NCBI RefSeq assembly: GCF_018977255.1 | Contig: NW_024704742.1 | Coordinates: 2,668,001-2,732,000 of the forward strand | Reading direction: 5' to 3' | DNA from: Callorhinchus milii | Taxonomy: Eukaryota | DNA: 64,000 nt | Shown here: piece by piece, positions 12,501-26,064 of the stretch | Layout: each line of letters starts with the position of its first letter | Position numbering within the stretch: position 1 is the stretch's first letter | Made by a program: the position numbers and the translations under genes | The notes under the pieces: model-generated | What the model was told of the DNA's origin: nothing | Seen by the model: the letters and a program-made list of their open reading frames with translations, nothing else | Database searches by the model: none

Positions 12501-15500
12501 CATGTAATATATAATCAATGACCAGGAGGTTGACCCTTTGGGGTTCCCGCATTGGTTGGTATTTTGAAGCGCTGATTCAGTTGGCATTTTCCTGTTCGAA
12601 TGCGGAATCGTATTGGGTCTCACTACAGTGCTCGTTGGGAATGTTATGGACCCTCAACCGCTATGTTTAATGAGATTCAATTGTACGTGAAAATTGCAGT
12701 TCTTTCAGAACAATGGAAAATTGCCCACCAGTGGCATACAGACATTTGTAAGCAGGAAACCCTACCATTCCATACATATATTCACATGTAATACATGTTA
12801 ATTAACTGGGTGTCCTCCTCATTTCTGTCAATGCTAATTGGAAATTCTTGCCAGTTACGTTTCGTGCGGTGCTAGTACTGCACAACGTGTGATCAGGAGA
12901 AATCTGGTTCAACCAATTGGAATTATGTGCAGTAGCCCCACTTTGGAGAGCACCTTGAGGAGGTGCGATTAGTTTTGCAGTATAGAAACGGTGGGCGTGC
13001 GTTAACCGATCTCAGTTCCACTCACTACTGTTCTTGTGAAGGGTCTAGTGAAAGGATCTGATGCAAACTTAGCTTAGAGGGCATAACTTTGCGCATAATT
13101 TTAACTTTGCGTTATGCGCAAACTCGTTTAATTGCATTAGTTGCAACTTCCAGTTTGGGAAATTTGTGCCAAGGGACGTATCTATGACCGGACAATCAGC
13201 CTCCGAGTGACCTTGTGTGGGTTCTGCGACCTCACGTTCCATTTAGGCTCAGTAAAATACTAACTTTCTCCTTGAATCAGACTAGACGGAAAGGCAAAGC
13301 AATAGATTTGTCTTGGTTTTAGTCCCTTCCAATCTGTGAAGAAATCAAGATATTCGGATAATTCTGAGAAAGAACACAAAGAATGGCATTTCTTATTTAA
13401 AATGGATACGTAATTTATTTTAACCGGATTTTAAAATGGGTGTTATTCACCTCTTCTACTTGCGATTCTGAATGTGCCTGAATGCCTCAATCCTACCCCC
13501 TTGATATGCCAATCTTCTTACAGATAAAATAACAAAACTTTATTTTCGTTCTCTATTTGGCTGATGCATTAAAACGCTACATCTCAACCCCCGGCTGCGA
13601 GCGTGACATTACCCTGAAAATTTTGAATTATTGGTAACTTTTAAATCGGAGAAAAACCTTTTGATGTCCTGTATATTAATATCCACTTCACACAAAAAAA
13701 AACTTGCCAGTTAATGTATTAAAATCCCATCTGAATGTTTATCTCAGCTTCTTTAAACTCAGCACCTGCAGCGTATATCATTTTCTTCCCAGTCGAGTTT
13801 TGTTTACTCACAGAAATTGCACATTTGTTAATAATAATAATTCTTAAATTTGGTATCGCACCTTTCGCATCAGGAGGATGTCCCAAACGGCTTCCACATA
13901 AGGCGTAGTGACTGTGAATGCTGCGAATGCTCTGGTGGGACATTTGCTGAGTTTGCGATTTGTAGTTGAGAGATGGCAATTGACTGTGAGTACGTACGGT
14001 AACAGCAAGCCTTTTCTTTAGTTTATAGATTGTGTTGGCATGTGCGGCGAATGGAATCAGTTGTGAGGTGGAACAAATTGGAGCATCTGGCAATAATTAG
14101 TTGAGATGTGAAACATTTGTATAATTAAGCCGTGATTAGAATTATGCAGAAAATAATGAAATAACACTGGAAATAGGCTTCTATAATCTCCCAATTACTA
14201 ATCTCTCAGGTTTGCCATGTAAGATTTACATTGGTTCGATGTGGGTGATAGTTTGGGCTCCATTTATATTTGTTCTGAAGACCCTCAGCCTTGCAACTAG
14301 ACTGACTCATGTTATGCAGAATCCATTTTGCTCACCTCACTGTGTCACAGCCCTCCGCAGATTTATGGTTAAAGTGATCCTTTGCTATTGGCGGGCTAGT
14401 TGTTGCGCTCATTGATAGTGCGTTGTAACCAGGGTCAGTTGTTTGTTCTTTGTCATATTACGGCGATCATAAAAAGCATGACAGGAAACTACAAACGCTG
14501 AAGTCTCACATGTGTTACTTTGCTCGTTTTTTGGCATTTGTATTTGAAAGTTTCCCAGTGTTCCTGTGAATCCTCTGCCATCATAATAAGAGTTCCATAC
14601 TGTGAACAGCCAGAGTCAACCATAATCTGGGCATAAGGTACGCTGGATTGCCTCGATGATCAGTCATGAGCCTGGCTCCTTAATGAACATTGCTCCCCTA
14701 CTTCCGCCACCACGGGAAACTCGGTGAACTTTTCTCCCTTTCAACAATAATTCACTAAGGCGATGTCCCGAATGCGAGAGCTTTTACTTAGGTAACCAGC
14801 GGCCGGAGATAAACCTCTTTGTAAAATCTCACAGACTTGTTTTGATCTAATTCCAGATAAAATTGTCCAGAATTAGGCAACGCCTGGGAGAGATTGCGCA
14901 CTTCATTCCCAATCAGGACAATTTCTACGTGTTGAGTGGGATGCATGAATCTCTCGGTTTGGTTTGGATACTCTTAAGCCTGGTGACAAGTTACCATTTG
15001 CGTCACCCGGTTGACCCACCAAAAGAAACAACGTCCGCGTTTGACGTAGGTGGAGGTTACTCATTTCGTACGCGAGGGAGGAAGACTTAGTAATACATCT
15101 ACAACTTCTACAGATGCAGAATCACTGAACTTCACATTAAAATCCTTTGGAAAATCTCGACAACGAGATAGCTAAGGAGCTATCTCAAATGAGAGGCTTA
15201 TTATTCTTCTGATGCCACTTCAGTACGAAGCAAATCTCAAGGAATGGGTTCAGTGTCGAGCTAAGCGAAGGTAATTTATCATTGATGAGAATTCTAGCCT
15301 GTTACAAGCTTTGCTGTCGGTCGAGTTAGGTAACGCTTAATTCTCGGTTGTGGAACCTTACGCTGAGAGCTGGTGCAGACACAGTTGGCCGAATGACCTC
15401 TTTTGTGCCGTAAGTTACCGTGATTCTAATGGATCGATTTTTTGGGGATCAGCCGGGTGTCTGACGCGCACGGAAACCCAGCACCACGTTTGAGAGTGTC

Positions 15501-17169
15501 CAAACCAAACCGTGGATTCCATGCATCCCGCCTACACATGGAATTTCCAGAGACAGATTGTTGGAATGGAATTTGCTCGCTCGCTCGACGCAGGGAAGCA
15601 TTCCTGCTCACCTAATACCGGAAAGTATGAGGCGAGAGCCGAGGCTAGGCTCATCACATAAGTGAAAACGGATGAACCCACCGTACTTTGGTACAGTTGG
15701 CTTCTGCAGGGCTTTCTTTTTTTCACCGTGTCGATGTGACCCGCATAGAATTCTGGGGAGTTGGGGGGGTAGTCGAATCAGTTTCTGCGGACATGACAGG
15801 ACTTGAGTAGCGTGAGATTTCCCGCGATTTTTCTCAAGTGCTCTGCTAGTGGTACCCATTCTGTACAAAGATTATGGAATAGCAAGGGTGTTAGACAGTT
15901 GGATCATATCACAAAGAACTGTGGTTACTGTCAGCTCCCCAGGTCTGAGACTTATCTTTTTTGCCATGTTTATAAGAGGCTTTACCGTGCTGGGAGCGTG
16001 GAGGATCTATTGCTAACGATCTAAGCTGGACTATTACAAATGACTATTAGAGTGAAGTAACTGGCATTTGTCAGCAATGGAAAATGATAACCTGGATAGT
16101 TGAGTTGTTCCTCTGTGACTAATAACAGAATAATGTCATGGGCGCTGCTTTCGAGTTCATCCTGTGTTCATCAATCAGTCAAAAGTGGCAGAGAGTGACC
16201 ATTAGTTCGTTTCATTATCGCCCTGCAGCCTGCCAGTGCAGGGCATTCCTCCATCTGTCTTCATTAGAAGTTGCTAGCTGCTAGTGACTAACAGATGGGT
16301 CATTATTGGCAGCGCTGCCCTCTAGGTCTGGCTGGAAAACTGGCAAAGTTGTCCTTCTTCGAACATCTCACACAGAGCAAGCAGAGCGCTGAGAGTTTGC
16401 CTCAGGCAAGTTGTGCCAATATCACTCCTATAAACAATAGCAAATATTACACTTAACGACTATATCGATTGATTACCTCCACCGAGGATTCTTCAGATAG
16501 TTTTTTTTTTAAAAGCAGCTTAATTTCCAGCTATTTCTAACAGCCTGTTTATAAAAAAAACGTGCATTTACTTAAAAACTTGCTATCCAGAAACATTGTC
16601 ATGACAACCGTAATATATACTCCCTCGCAAATCTTTTCACAGATGACTGCTTTGGTAGCTGAAATGTCTTTGCTGGTTTTGAAATAATTTAGTTTGTTTT
16701 AAACAAAAAGGAAAAAGTAATCCATATCCCAGTGCACTAAAAACACAAATAAAATACAACAACAGTACAACTTGACTTTAAATACTCTTGTATTTCTCTG
16801 CAGCATGACCCCTTGGTCTTGGTAGGTGATCACACGTGTTGTGGCTTTTAAAGGAAAGACTAAGCATTTGAGGCATAGGGATGCATAGACATGAAAGAAT
16901 GGGAAAAAATTCCCCTTATCCTCTCTCCCCAGCCCAGTTTCCACGTAGCCTTACACATCTTTTAAGCGCCGTGATTGCTCCAGGAATGAAAGGTTGTGAG
17001 ACCCGGCTGCTGAAAACGAGGACCTTCTCCGAAAACACTTGCTTAGTTTTTCAGTATCCCTTTGTACCGTCTCATTTAGCCATCAACCAAGAAATATATA
17101 TGATTGTAGTTCAGCTTGATCTCGCTCTCGTCCAACCAGGGCTATCCATTCCCACTGGATATTGAGCAA

Positions 17170-17580
17170 AATCATCAAACCGTACACGTTTATGGGACAG
17201 ATGAAGGCCATTCGGCCCATCGTGTCTGCGCTGGCTCTTCTCGGAGCAATCTCTTCAGTCCCATTTACTTGCCCTTTCTCCATACCTCTATAGTTTACTC
17301 TTTTTTTTTCAGGTTTCAAGCTACCTTTTGAAAGCGAATCTGGATTCTGTCTCAACCACTGCTAAACATTCAAATAAATTCTACTCACCTCCCCATTTAC
17401 TCATTTGCTAATTATTTTGAATTGATGCCCACTAGTTACTGACTCACTGACCAGTGGAAGTAATTTCTCCCTATTGACTCTATCAAAACCCTCAACCTTC
17501 TTTGTTCCAATGGAAGAAATGCCCATTTGTCCAGTCTCCGATGTTAGGCTAAACCACTTATCCTCAGTATCAGCCTCATA
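17170..17580 (-). mobile_element. CR1 LINE 3' fragment
   Basis: aaggccattcggcccatcgtgtctgcgctggctc tail followed by a decayed ORF2 end. Confidence 0.7.
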
Positions 17581-18793
17581 AAATCCTAAGTTATGAACTC
17601 ACAAGTTACTCATTACAAGGAATCCACTCTTATATAGATTTATATAAAAAGTACAGCATGAAAACAGCATCAACCAACTAGTGTTTGCTCCATATGAGTC
17701 TCTATTCTTATTAAACCTCCCTATTCTATTTATTTCTGAAATGTTTCAATAATTTGTAAGCGTTTGCCTTTTCCATGACTTCCGTAAATGTCTTAGTCAA
17801 CCCACACTGACTTTACCTTTCTTTTACTTCATTCTCCTTCATTCCCGCCCCACGCATGATTTAATTCAGACTTAAAATGCTTGCTAAACATGTGTCTACT
17901 TAGTAAGTTTGCTGCCATGGGTTGAATAGCGTTTTCTCTTGCCGTGCTCGCTTGCGTTCTTTCTTAAAGAGAGGACAAAAGATCTTCGTGCAAGTTTTGA
18001 ACACTTCCTACAATGGTCATAACCTTGGCGCTTCATCATAATAGAATGGAACATAATAGGGTAGTGCAGTGTGTCCGAAATAGCACTCTGGCAAACACAT
18101 CCTTTTCGCAAAAGAGCATTTTCTCCTCGTACAACGTGCAAAGTTGCGAGACCTTGGCTTGGACACTTTGCTTGCACTTAGACCAAGCTTTTGGTCACCT
18201 TTTCCCTCCTCACCCCATTCGGTTCCCACCCCTAACTTGGGTGCCCAGCCAGCTCTGCAAAAATACTTTAAGATGTCGTCCCAGCATCAAAGGCGCTACA
18301 TAAATGCATATTGTATTATATTTCATCAGAGTTTGCGGTTCCAAATAAGATTCAGGGGAATCCCTGGTGAAAGCATGGGTTTATGCTGTGGGAGCTATTG
18401 CTGTCATCCATAAAATGGTTACATGTCACAGAGCTATTGTGAGTTGAGACTAACAATTTCAGGTTGAAGCACAACATCGGTTTATTGATCCAATTTCCCA
18501 TAAGTTTCATTTGATTATTTAAGAAACCCTGAATCATTTTAGTCAACGGAAAGGTATCTAATTCCTTCCAAACCCCTGGATTGATTAAACAAATTGATCT
18601 GAAAGAAGGATCTGAAATGCCTAGTTAAATTTCCAAAATAATTCAGAGAGAGATAGCCGCTCGTGTGCTTGAAAAGGCAGCGGAGTGCAAACTTCGTTGG
18701 TGTGTGAAATGATCGCTTGTATTTGTGTTGCCCCTTGCTGCGTAGGAACCCTCACTGAGATACCATACTGACGTGTGGTGCTGACTGGAAGCA

Positions 18794-18920
18794 AATAATA
18801 ATAATAATAATTGTTGCATTTGATATAGCGCCTTATCACGTCTTCGAGACGTCTCAAAGCGCTTCACAGAATATAAGGTAAAGTAAAGTGAATTGACTGT
18901 ATATTTTGTGGGGGCGAAAT
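18794..18920 (-). mobile_element. 5'-truncated tRNA-SINE (A-type tail)
   Basis: (aat)n tail followed by tatagcgccttatcacgtcttcgagacgtctcaaagcgcttcacag. Confidence 0.85.
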
Positions 18921-21900
18921 ATAGGTCAGACACTGGGCCAATGTCAGTGAAACCAATCCCATTTCCTTCATGTTTTGTGGTGGTTTTCAATGATTTTGGG
19001 TTGAGCTGTTGATTGAAACATGACGGGGTAATATAAATACAAGTTGCTTTTGTTGATAGAAGCAGTCGAAAGCCTCATTTTTCTTCCACACGTAATAAAT
19101 ATGTTTTTGATATGGCATTCTATTTCTTGGTACACAAAAAAAACTCTAGGTCTATTAATTTTACTGCTGATCCTCAGTGGATGTATTATTTTATTTGTTC
19201 GGTAAACAATGCAGTTGTTGTGACGATTTGAGGCCAAGGTTGGAGGACAGAGCAAACAAGGTCTCCAATATTGCGCTAGATCAGATAACCATTCCTGCAC
19301 ACCAACAAGGCTTGTGCAATACGCTTTATAAAGGTTGTGATTGCGTTTATATTTTTTTTAAAGGAAAAAAAAATCACATTTGTATTTGCTTGTTCCAGAT
19401 ATCAGTTCAAAAGGTTCAAAAACTTCTGTCGGCCTGTGAAGCACGCAGATGCTCTCCGCCCCAATCCACCTTGGCCCCTCTTTGTCCGTCTTCAGATCCC
19501 ACCTGAAGACTTTTGTCCTCAACCGTTCCTGTGGTCGTCTCCCTTTTCTCCCCAACTCCTCATCAGACTGTGCCATTGTTAAGCGCTCCGAGACGTCACA
19601 CGGCAGTGAAGAGTGCTCTATAAATACAGGCTGTTGTTGTTGTTTATCAAGTCCCAGAATGTGTAAATGTCATCAACATTGAAATGAGTCAGAAGATTGT
19701 GGGTTCGAGCCTTACTTTGAGTGTTGAGAACTCTTAGTCTAGGCCAGGGATTCTTAATCTTTATCACAGAGAGCTTCCCTAAGCTAAGAAAAAACTCAAT
19801 TCTTCCTCCGCATAATTTACTGAGGCACCACAAAGAACTGAAGATCCTATCAGTCCTTTGCAAGAATAAAATGCAATAAAGTAGAAGTATCAAAAGTACT
19901 GATTCTGTTTCGGAAAGCACCTTTCTTCTTATCTCACTGTCCTGTCCTCTCCCTCCCTGCTTGCACTCCGATTGGTGACCTGATTCAGACTGGGGGGGTA
20001 CCATGGATCTCCACCCCTGTCAATCAGTCTGGATGTCTCTCTCTCTCCCCTCCCTTCCCCGCGGTGTGGCTTTGCTGGGACGCAGGGGCCATCACGCGAG
20101 ACCCGGGGGACTATTGGAAGGTATTCAACTAGCACCTCCCCTGGCACACGCCTCTGGAACCTCTGGTCTAAGATGACACTCCAGTAGAGTATTGGTGGAA
20201 GCACTGCATTGCCAGAAGTGCCATCCTTTGGATCAGTGCCCTTCTTCAACTGAGCATTGAAGTTTCCCGCACCAGGCTCCGTGACCCTATCGCACCCACC
20301 CTCACCCGGTTCCACTGGCTCCCCGTCCCCCAGAGGATCGAGTTCGAAACCCTCGTCCAAAATCCTTCAAAGCCCTCCATGGCCTTGCTCCTTCCTTCCT
20401 GTATAAATGTAATTTGTCGTTGCTGTTCTTCTATGAGACTATTTCAAACGGAAGAAAAAAGGGAAAGGAATTTTTCCTGCTGTCGTAACCAATGAATTCT
20501 CCCTCCCATAACTGGATGTGGGACCTTGCCGGTGAAATTGCTACCACATTTGCGTACAAATACTTCAGCACCAAATCTCGGCGTGGATTTCGACAAAGTA
20601 AGATGTAATAATAAGGCAACAAGGCGTTCTATTTTTCTGCCGGGCCCTTTGTTGTCGAAGTACGGACTTGTGCTCGTTATTGTAACGTTTTGCTTCTGTT
20701 CTTCAAGCCAGTGGCGCTCTTGCCATTAGCTCCGTGACATGCATCATTGGTAACGCTGCGAGCCAACCCTTATGAACCGGACAGTCTGTGGATTTATTGC
20801 GGCTCTTCTGAATCGCGTTGTTTTCCACAAGGGATACCCTGGGCCGTGCTCCGCTGTCAGTGATTTTGACCGACGACTCCGAAGAGCCATATGTCAAGAA
20901 GACCCTACTTGTCTCTCGTGTTCTCAGGGAGTCCATATGTGTTTTCATTGTGCAGGGAATCTGTGCTCAGCTATAAGCCCCGTGAGGTCAATTGTTGACA
21001 TTCAATGGTACCCCGAAGAATGTCATGCCTCACTTATCATCATTGATTGTACTCTGGACAACCCGAATGCGGTGATGCCATATGTAGCCTAATAGCACTG
21101 CCTTGACCCCGGTGACATATACTATGTCACACCAGGGACTGGTGCTTATCTACACATCAACTCCGCGGCCCGTCAGTCTAAATGACTCCCGGTTTCTAAT
21201 CTCAGTGCTCATTGCAACATATCTTTTTGGCAGCTCTTCTAACCTCCCTGACATGACTTTCATTACTATTAATGTTTACTCTCCTGTTTCCGAGTCGTGT
21301 ACTCCTGTTTCTTTTTCCTGCGCCATCCATCTTTAGCTTTGTCACAGTATTATTTTAAAGTTTTTTTTACATATATAGATGTACATCAGCAGGGACCACA
21401 GCTGGTAGGTTGGAGCTGACTTTGAAGCAGGCCCTTTCAGATGTCCTCCCAGTGTGACAGGCACTGTATAAATGTAAACTGTCTAAATTGTATTGTATGC
21501 AACACCGATGCAGAAACCTGGTAGTTCTAGGAATGCAGTAACTGCTATATTGACTTGTTAGTATTGCAAAGCGATTAAGTACTTGTCAGCAAATTAATAA
21601 CCATTATTAATCAGTACCCGTCAGCGCAAACTTTCCTCAAATCCGGGCGAGGCTTCAGTAACAAGTGTCCAATGTGCTAAGGCACCTTATCATGTCAAAC
21701 TGTTTCACATAATGGAATAATTTGAAAGTAAATGCCTGTAGTTACATAAGCAAACATGGCAGCACATCTGTGGCAACAACATGCCACAGACAGTAATGAG
21801 ATGAATGGCCAATTAAGGTGTATTATTTTCGTGCATGAGGAATAGTGCCGGGAGATTTTTAATATCCATGCACCAACACAGGTAGATGAGACTGGTGTAA

Positions 21901-22317
21901 CGTCTAAACCAAAGGAAGGAACCAATGCCACGCACTATTTCCTCCCCTCTCCTTCCATATATATTGGCCTTTTGGAGACATGTAATAATTCGATAATATC
22001 TTGGAAACATGGGTGATAAGACAAGGAGATGGAAATTCCTCGTGTTGATTCCTCAAATTTAGCTTTGACAGTTAAAGATATATGGATTGCATGAATATCA
22101 TTATGTTCTTCAAATCTTGTTGTCTGGGATGAAGAAACAACTCTGAAGGTGGGAATTGCAAAACGACAAACATTTACGTAACGTCCCTCAAACGTGATAA
22201 CCTCTCAGAGCTGAACTTTCATTCACAGAGCCCAAGTGATGGGATTGGGCTCAGGAGAGGGGAGAGTAGGGAGGAGGGGAAGTGATTGTAGCTGTGATCG
22301 AATTTTAAGGGAGTACT

Positions 22318-22480
22318 CAATAATAATAATAATAATAATCCTTACATTTGATATAGCGCCTTATCTTCGAGAAGTCTCAAAGGGCTTCACAGAATACACT
22401 GTAAAGCAAATCGACTGTGTATTTTGTGGGCAATTGCGCACAGCAGCGTCCCCACAAACAGTCGTGTGTTGAGTGACCAA
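22318..22480 (-). mobile_element. 5'-truncated tRNA-SINE
   Basis: Same 3' body and tail as other copies. Confidence 0.82.
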
Positions 22481-22623
22481 ACATTTTTTAAAAGGAGTTT
22501 TGGATAAGGTATTTTATGGATGGCGGAGCTAGGGAGATCACGAGGAGAGAGAGAAAAAAAACATCCAAAGCTTGTAGATGTGATGCCGGTTTTTAATTTT
22601 GTGTCTCGTCGATATTATTATAG

Positions 22624-22731
22624 GATTTTCCAGGACCTGGGAAATATGAAATAAGACGTCAGTTTGATGATAGCACATGCCCGCCCTGTGGAATTGTTTG
22701 TGGTCAACCTCCGTTCCTCTCACAAACCAAG
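22624..22731 (+). CDS. STPG2: STPG2-like internal exon C (DFPGPGKYEIRRQFDDSTCPPCGIVCGQPPFLSQTK)
   Basis: Read by eye; not in the ORF track. attatag acceptor and aag|gtaagg donor, 108 nt, phase 0/0. Contains the PGPGKY repeat expected between exons B and D. Confidence 0.87.
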
Positions 22732-23232
22732 GTAAGGAAAATGTGGTCTTCGTTCCCTGTGCTCTTTCAATTCCAGCTCTGTTGCCCGAGGGCAATGTTG
22801 GTGTGTTTTACAATTGTTTATTTGATGCGTTTAACTGATATCTGATATAAATAACACCATTGCGTAAGTGAAACAGTGGTAGAAATGCTACTGGTTATCT
22901 TTTATCTACGGGATGTTTACATCAGTCAAGGCATTTCTGACAAGTTTACTGCGGTTATGTTTAAGCATGAAATGAGCTTTGTAAAAATATACAAATGCTT
23001 TCAGCAGATTAACTGCTGTTTTCCTTCACACAGCTTTTGTCAACAGTGCTATTGTAAGTACTCTTACTATAGATTTGCGTGCTATCTAGCGGAGTATGGG
23101 TGTCTGTCTGTCCATGTACAGTACGCAGGCTTGGTTATAATGGAACGGTGTGATACGCTTCATAGGGAAATCTTATCCTTAGCAGCAGTGTTGCTCGATT
23201 TCCATTCCATCACTGCACTGAAACATGCCACT

Positions 23233-23601
23233 GAAGTTTAATGTGGAGAAATGCAAAGCGATGTATTTTGGGAGGAAGAATGAGGAGAAGCAATATAAGC
23301 CGATGGTACAATCTTAAAGGGGGTGAAGGAACAGAGAGACCTGGGGATTCATATAAGTAAATCTTTGAAGATGGCAGGACAGGTAGTTAAAGCTGTTAAA
23401 AAGCATACGGGATACTGGGCTTTATAAATAGGGGCATAGAATACAAGTCAGGAAGTTATGATGAACCTTTATATAAAACACCGGTTAGGCCTCAGCGAGA
23501 GACTGTGTTCAGTTCTGGGCACCGGACTTTAGGAATGATGTCAAGGCATTGGAGAGTTTGCAAAGGAGATTTATCAGGATGAAGGACTTCAGTTATGAAG
23601 G
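23233..23601 (+). mobile_element. CR1 LINE ORF2 internal fragment (frameshifted)
   Basis: KFNVEKCKAMYFGRKN, EQRDLG, GFINRGIEYK and CVQFWAP motifs of CR1 ORF2. Confidence 0.88.
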
Positions 23602-25904
23602 TCAGATGTAAAACAGATGGCACTTAATGCTAAGGTACAGACTAGAATCAGCCTCTCAAAATCCTCTAGTTTTTATGAAATCAATGTCAGTTACGTTTGA
23701 AGCTTAGATTTTCATTATGACTTAAGAAAGACTTAGTCCCATTGATAAACTTCCAAAGAATATTTAAAGAAAAGCTCCAAACTGGAAATGTTTATTATCA
23801 AGTAAAGGTCTACAAGAGAGATTGATTTATTATTACAGCAACGGAGAACATAATGTAAACCTCAGAAGAGAAATTCTCGCTCATGTGAGACCTATGGATC
23901 ACACACTAAACATTTAATTCCTCAAAGGTTCATAAATAGTGCCCGATGTCTCTGAAACTTATTTAGCAAACCCTTTATATTGCTGCCTTGGTGCCCTACA
24001 CAGACAGTTCCCACCCCATGGCCCTGTAACACAGGATTATTACAGTATGTGAAGTATTTGATCACTATTCACTGCAATTTCTTACTTTACTCCTACGTCA
24101 GTGTAAATGATTCACACTGAACTAGAACTGCCATCTTCATTCTAGAGTGACGAATGCAACGATTTAAAGGAAGTTAAAATATCAAGTGTTTCGACCACAA
24201 ATTGCCTTTGTGGCTGGATCAGCATGATTTGTTTTTTTTTAATGAAAGCCCAGCCTATTTTTCTTTTTTTGCTTGAGATCTATGAGAGTTTCCCTCATCC
24301 TCTCTTCCAGACTGGTATTTTTCAGACATACTTAATGATATTCTTTATAAAAATGGATATGGTTTACTGGTGCAATCTGCGCCATTTGTCGAATCCGTAG
24401 ATGTATAACCTATGAATTAATACTAGAAAAGCTTTACATGTGTCTTTTTGATGTAAATCATCGGCCTCTGAAATTGCCACTCACTTGCACGAAATAGAAC
24501 ATATCTCACAGCCGATAAGAGTTCCAGCAGCGCTTTACTGATACTTTTAAAAAAAACACACTCTATTGTTCAGATCCTGAGGGTGTTATGCTTTTGTCAT
24601 GATGTTGTTGCTGCTGACTGCGGTTCCCCGTTAATACCCTTCTTTTTTTTTACTTTCGTGAATTCTTTGCTTCTTGAAATGAGGATTGTTCACACTGGAA
24701 CGTGGAAAACTTTCTCATTGCACAGCCCCCCCCCCCCCCCCCTCCGTGTGAAACACTGTCTGATTGCACGACTGGATGCAGAATGAAGCAGCTTGACTAT
24801 TCTTAATAAGGCCTTCCGCCTCTGAACAGCATCTCCTACAAGATGTGCAGTTACTGCACTTGGTAGTATATCCTAATGGAGTATTCTGAGATGTCCTCCC
24901 TACGTGAAAGGCGCTACATCAAATACAGGATTACTGTTTGTTGTTTTATCAAGCTCTCTGTGCGGCTACCTCATGCGAAGGGCCCTATATAAATGCAAGT
25001 TGTTGTTTATTGTTTACTGCAAATGGGCCTTTATGTTTCTCAGCCTCGTGTTCTGTCAGCCATCTCATCCGAGGGCAGATTTTATTAACGCTGAGGTGGG
25101 TATCAAAGTTCACGATGCAGAAAAATGTTTGTTTTCTTTTCAACCAAAATCCCACTTGAAATGTAAGTTGTTGTTGAGGTTAGGCTCACGTGGGTGAAAA
25201 CCAACACATCCATAGGATGAATTGCATCTGCAGAGAGTCTAAGCAGATTTGAATTGCATTGACAGACTGTCATATTGAGGGAATTAATCAACACTTGAGG
25301 GCAATCAATGATCGAAACTGGTTACCTAGAAGGACTAGGACACGAGACTCATTTAAGTGACAGCTTGATGCTGCAATAGGAGGATGGCAGGACAGGTATT
25401 CTGGAAGCATAATGGTCTTAAGGATCTACCTTATCCGAATCGTTCTTTTGACCATTTCAACATGTCTTTGAATGTGCTCTGGAACGTGTTGTTCTGATAC
25501 TTGACTGCTTAAGTTTTATTTCTCTTGCATTAATGGTCAATTCTGAATTTCAATCATGTGAAGTTCCGTATCTGAAGGGTATTGACGTTACACAGATTTG
25601 AGTGAAATCAAGCCTCTGCTTGGAAATATTTGTATACTTATAGGTTATATTACTGGTGGTGTGCAATCCTCTGTATAGTCACCACTTCATATTGGGCTTC
25701 TAACAATGCAATTATTCCTCAGACTTTACCAAATTCCCCTTCCCCCACCCCGCCCCCCCGGTCACACACACACACACCACACACACACCTCATTCATACA
25801 TCATTTATTTTGAAGCATGTACGTTTTTGTGTGGTTCTGGAAGCTACTTAACACTCTGCGAGTCCGCAACTTGTATTAAACCAACCTTCCATCTGTTTCA
25901 CCAG

Positions 25905-26064
25905 AGATTTGAAGCTGTAAAATCGATTACTCCAGCGCCTGGCGCATACAATGATCCACGCACGGCTCTGCAGAGCTTGAAGAGGCTATCGGGAAAACAA
26001 AACAGTCCGTTCGGCCTGACTGCAGCTCGGTTCGTACCGGACTTCAGGAGCATGAGTGAACCGG
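25905..26064 (+). CDS. STPG2: STPG2-like internal exon D (RFEAVKSITPAPGAYNDPRTALQSLKRLSGKQNSPFGLTAARFVPDFRSMSEP-G)
   Basis: tttcaccag acceptor and g|gtttgt donor; phases 0/1. RFE..KS.TPAPG.YN..RTA and PF...AARF motifs of STPG2. Confidence 0.9.

Noticed and set aside
20831..20930. GYPGP after an AG as a possible extra STPG2 exon
   Set aside because: Lacks the PGPGxY tyrosine and a convincing donor. The six-exon chain already matches the expected order.
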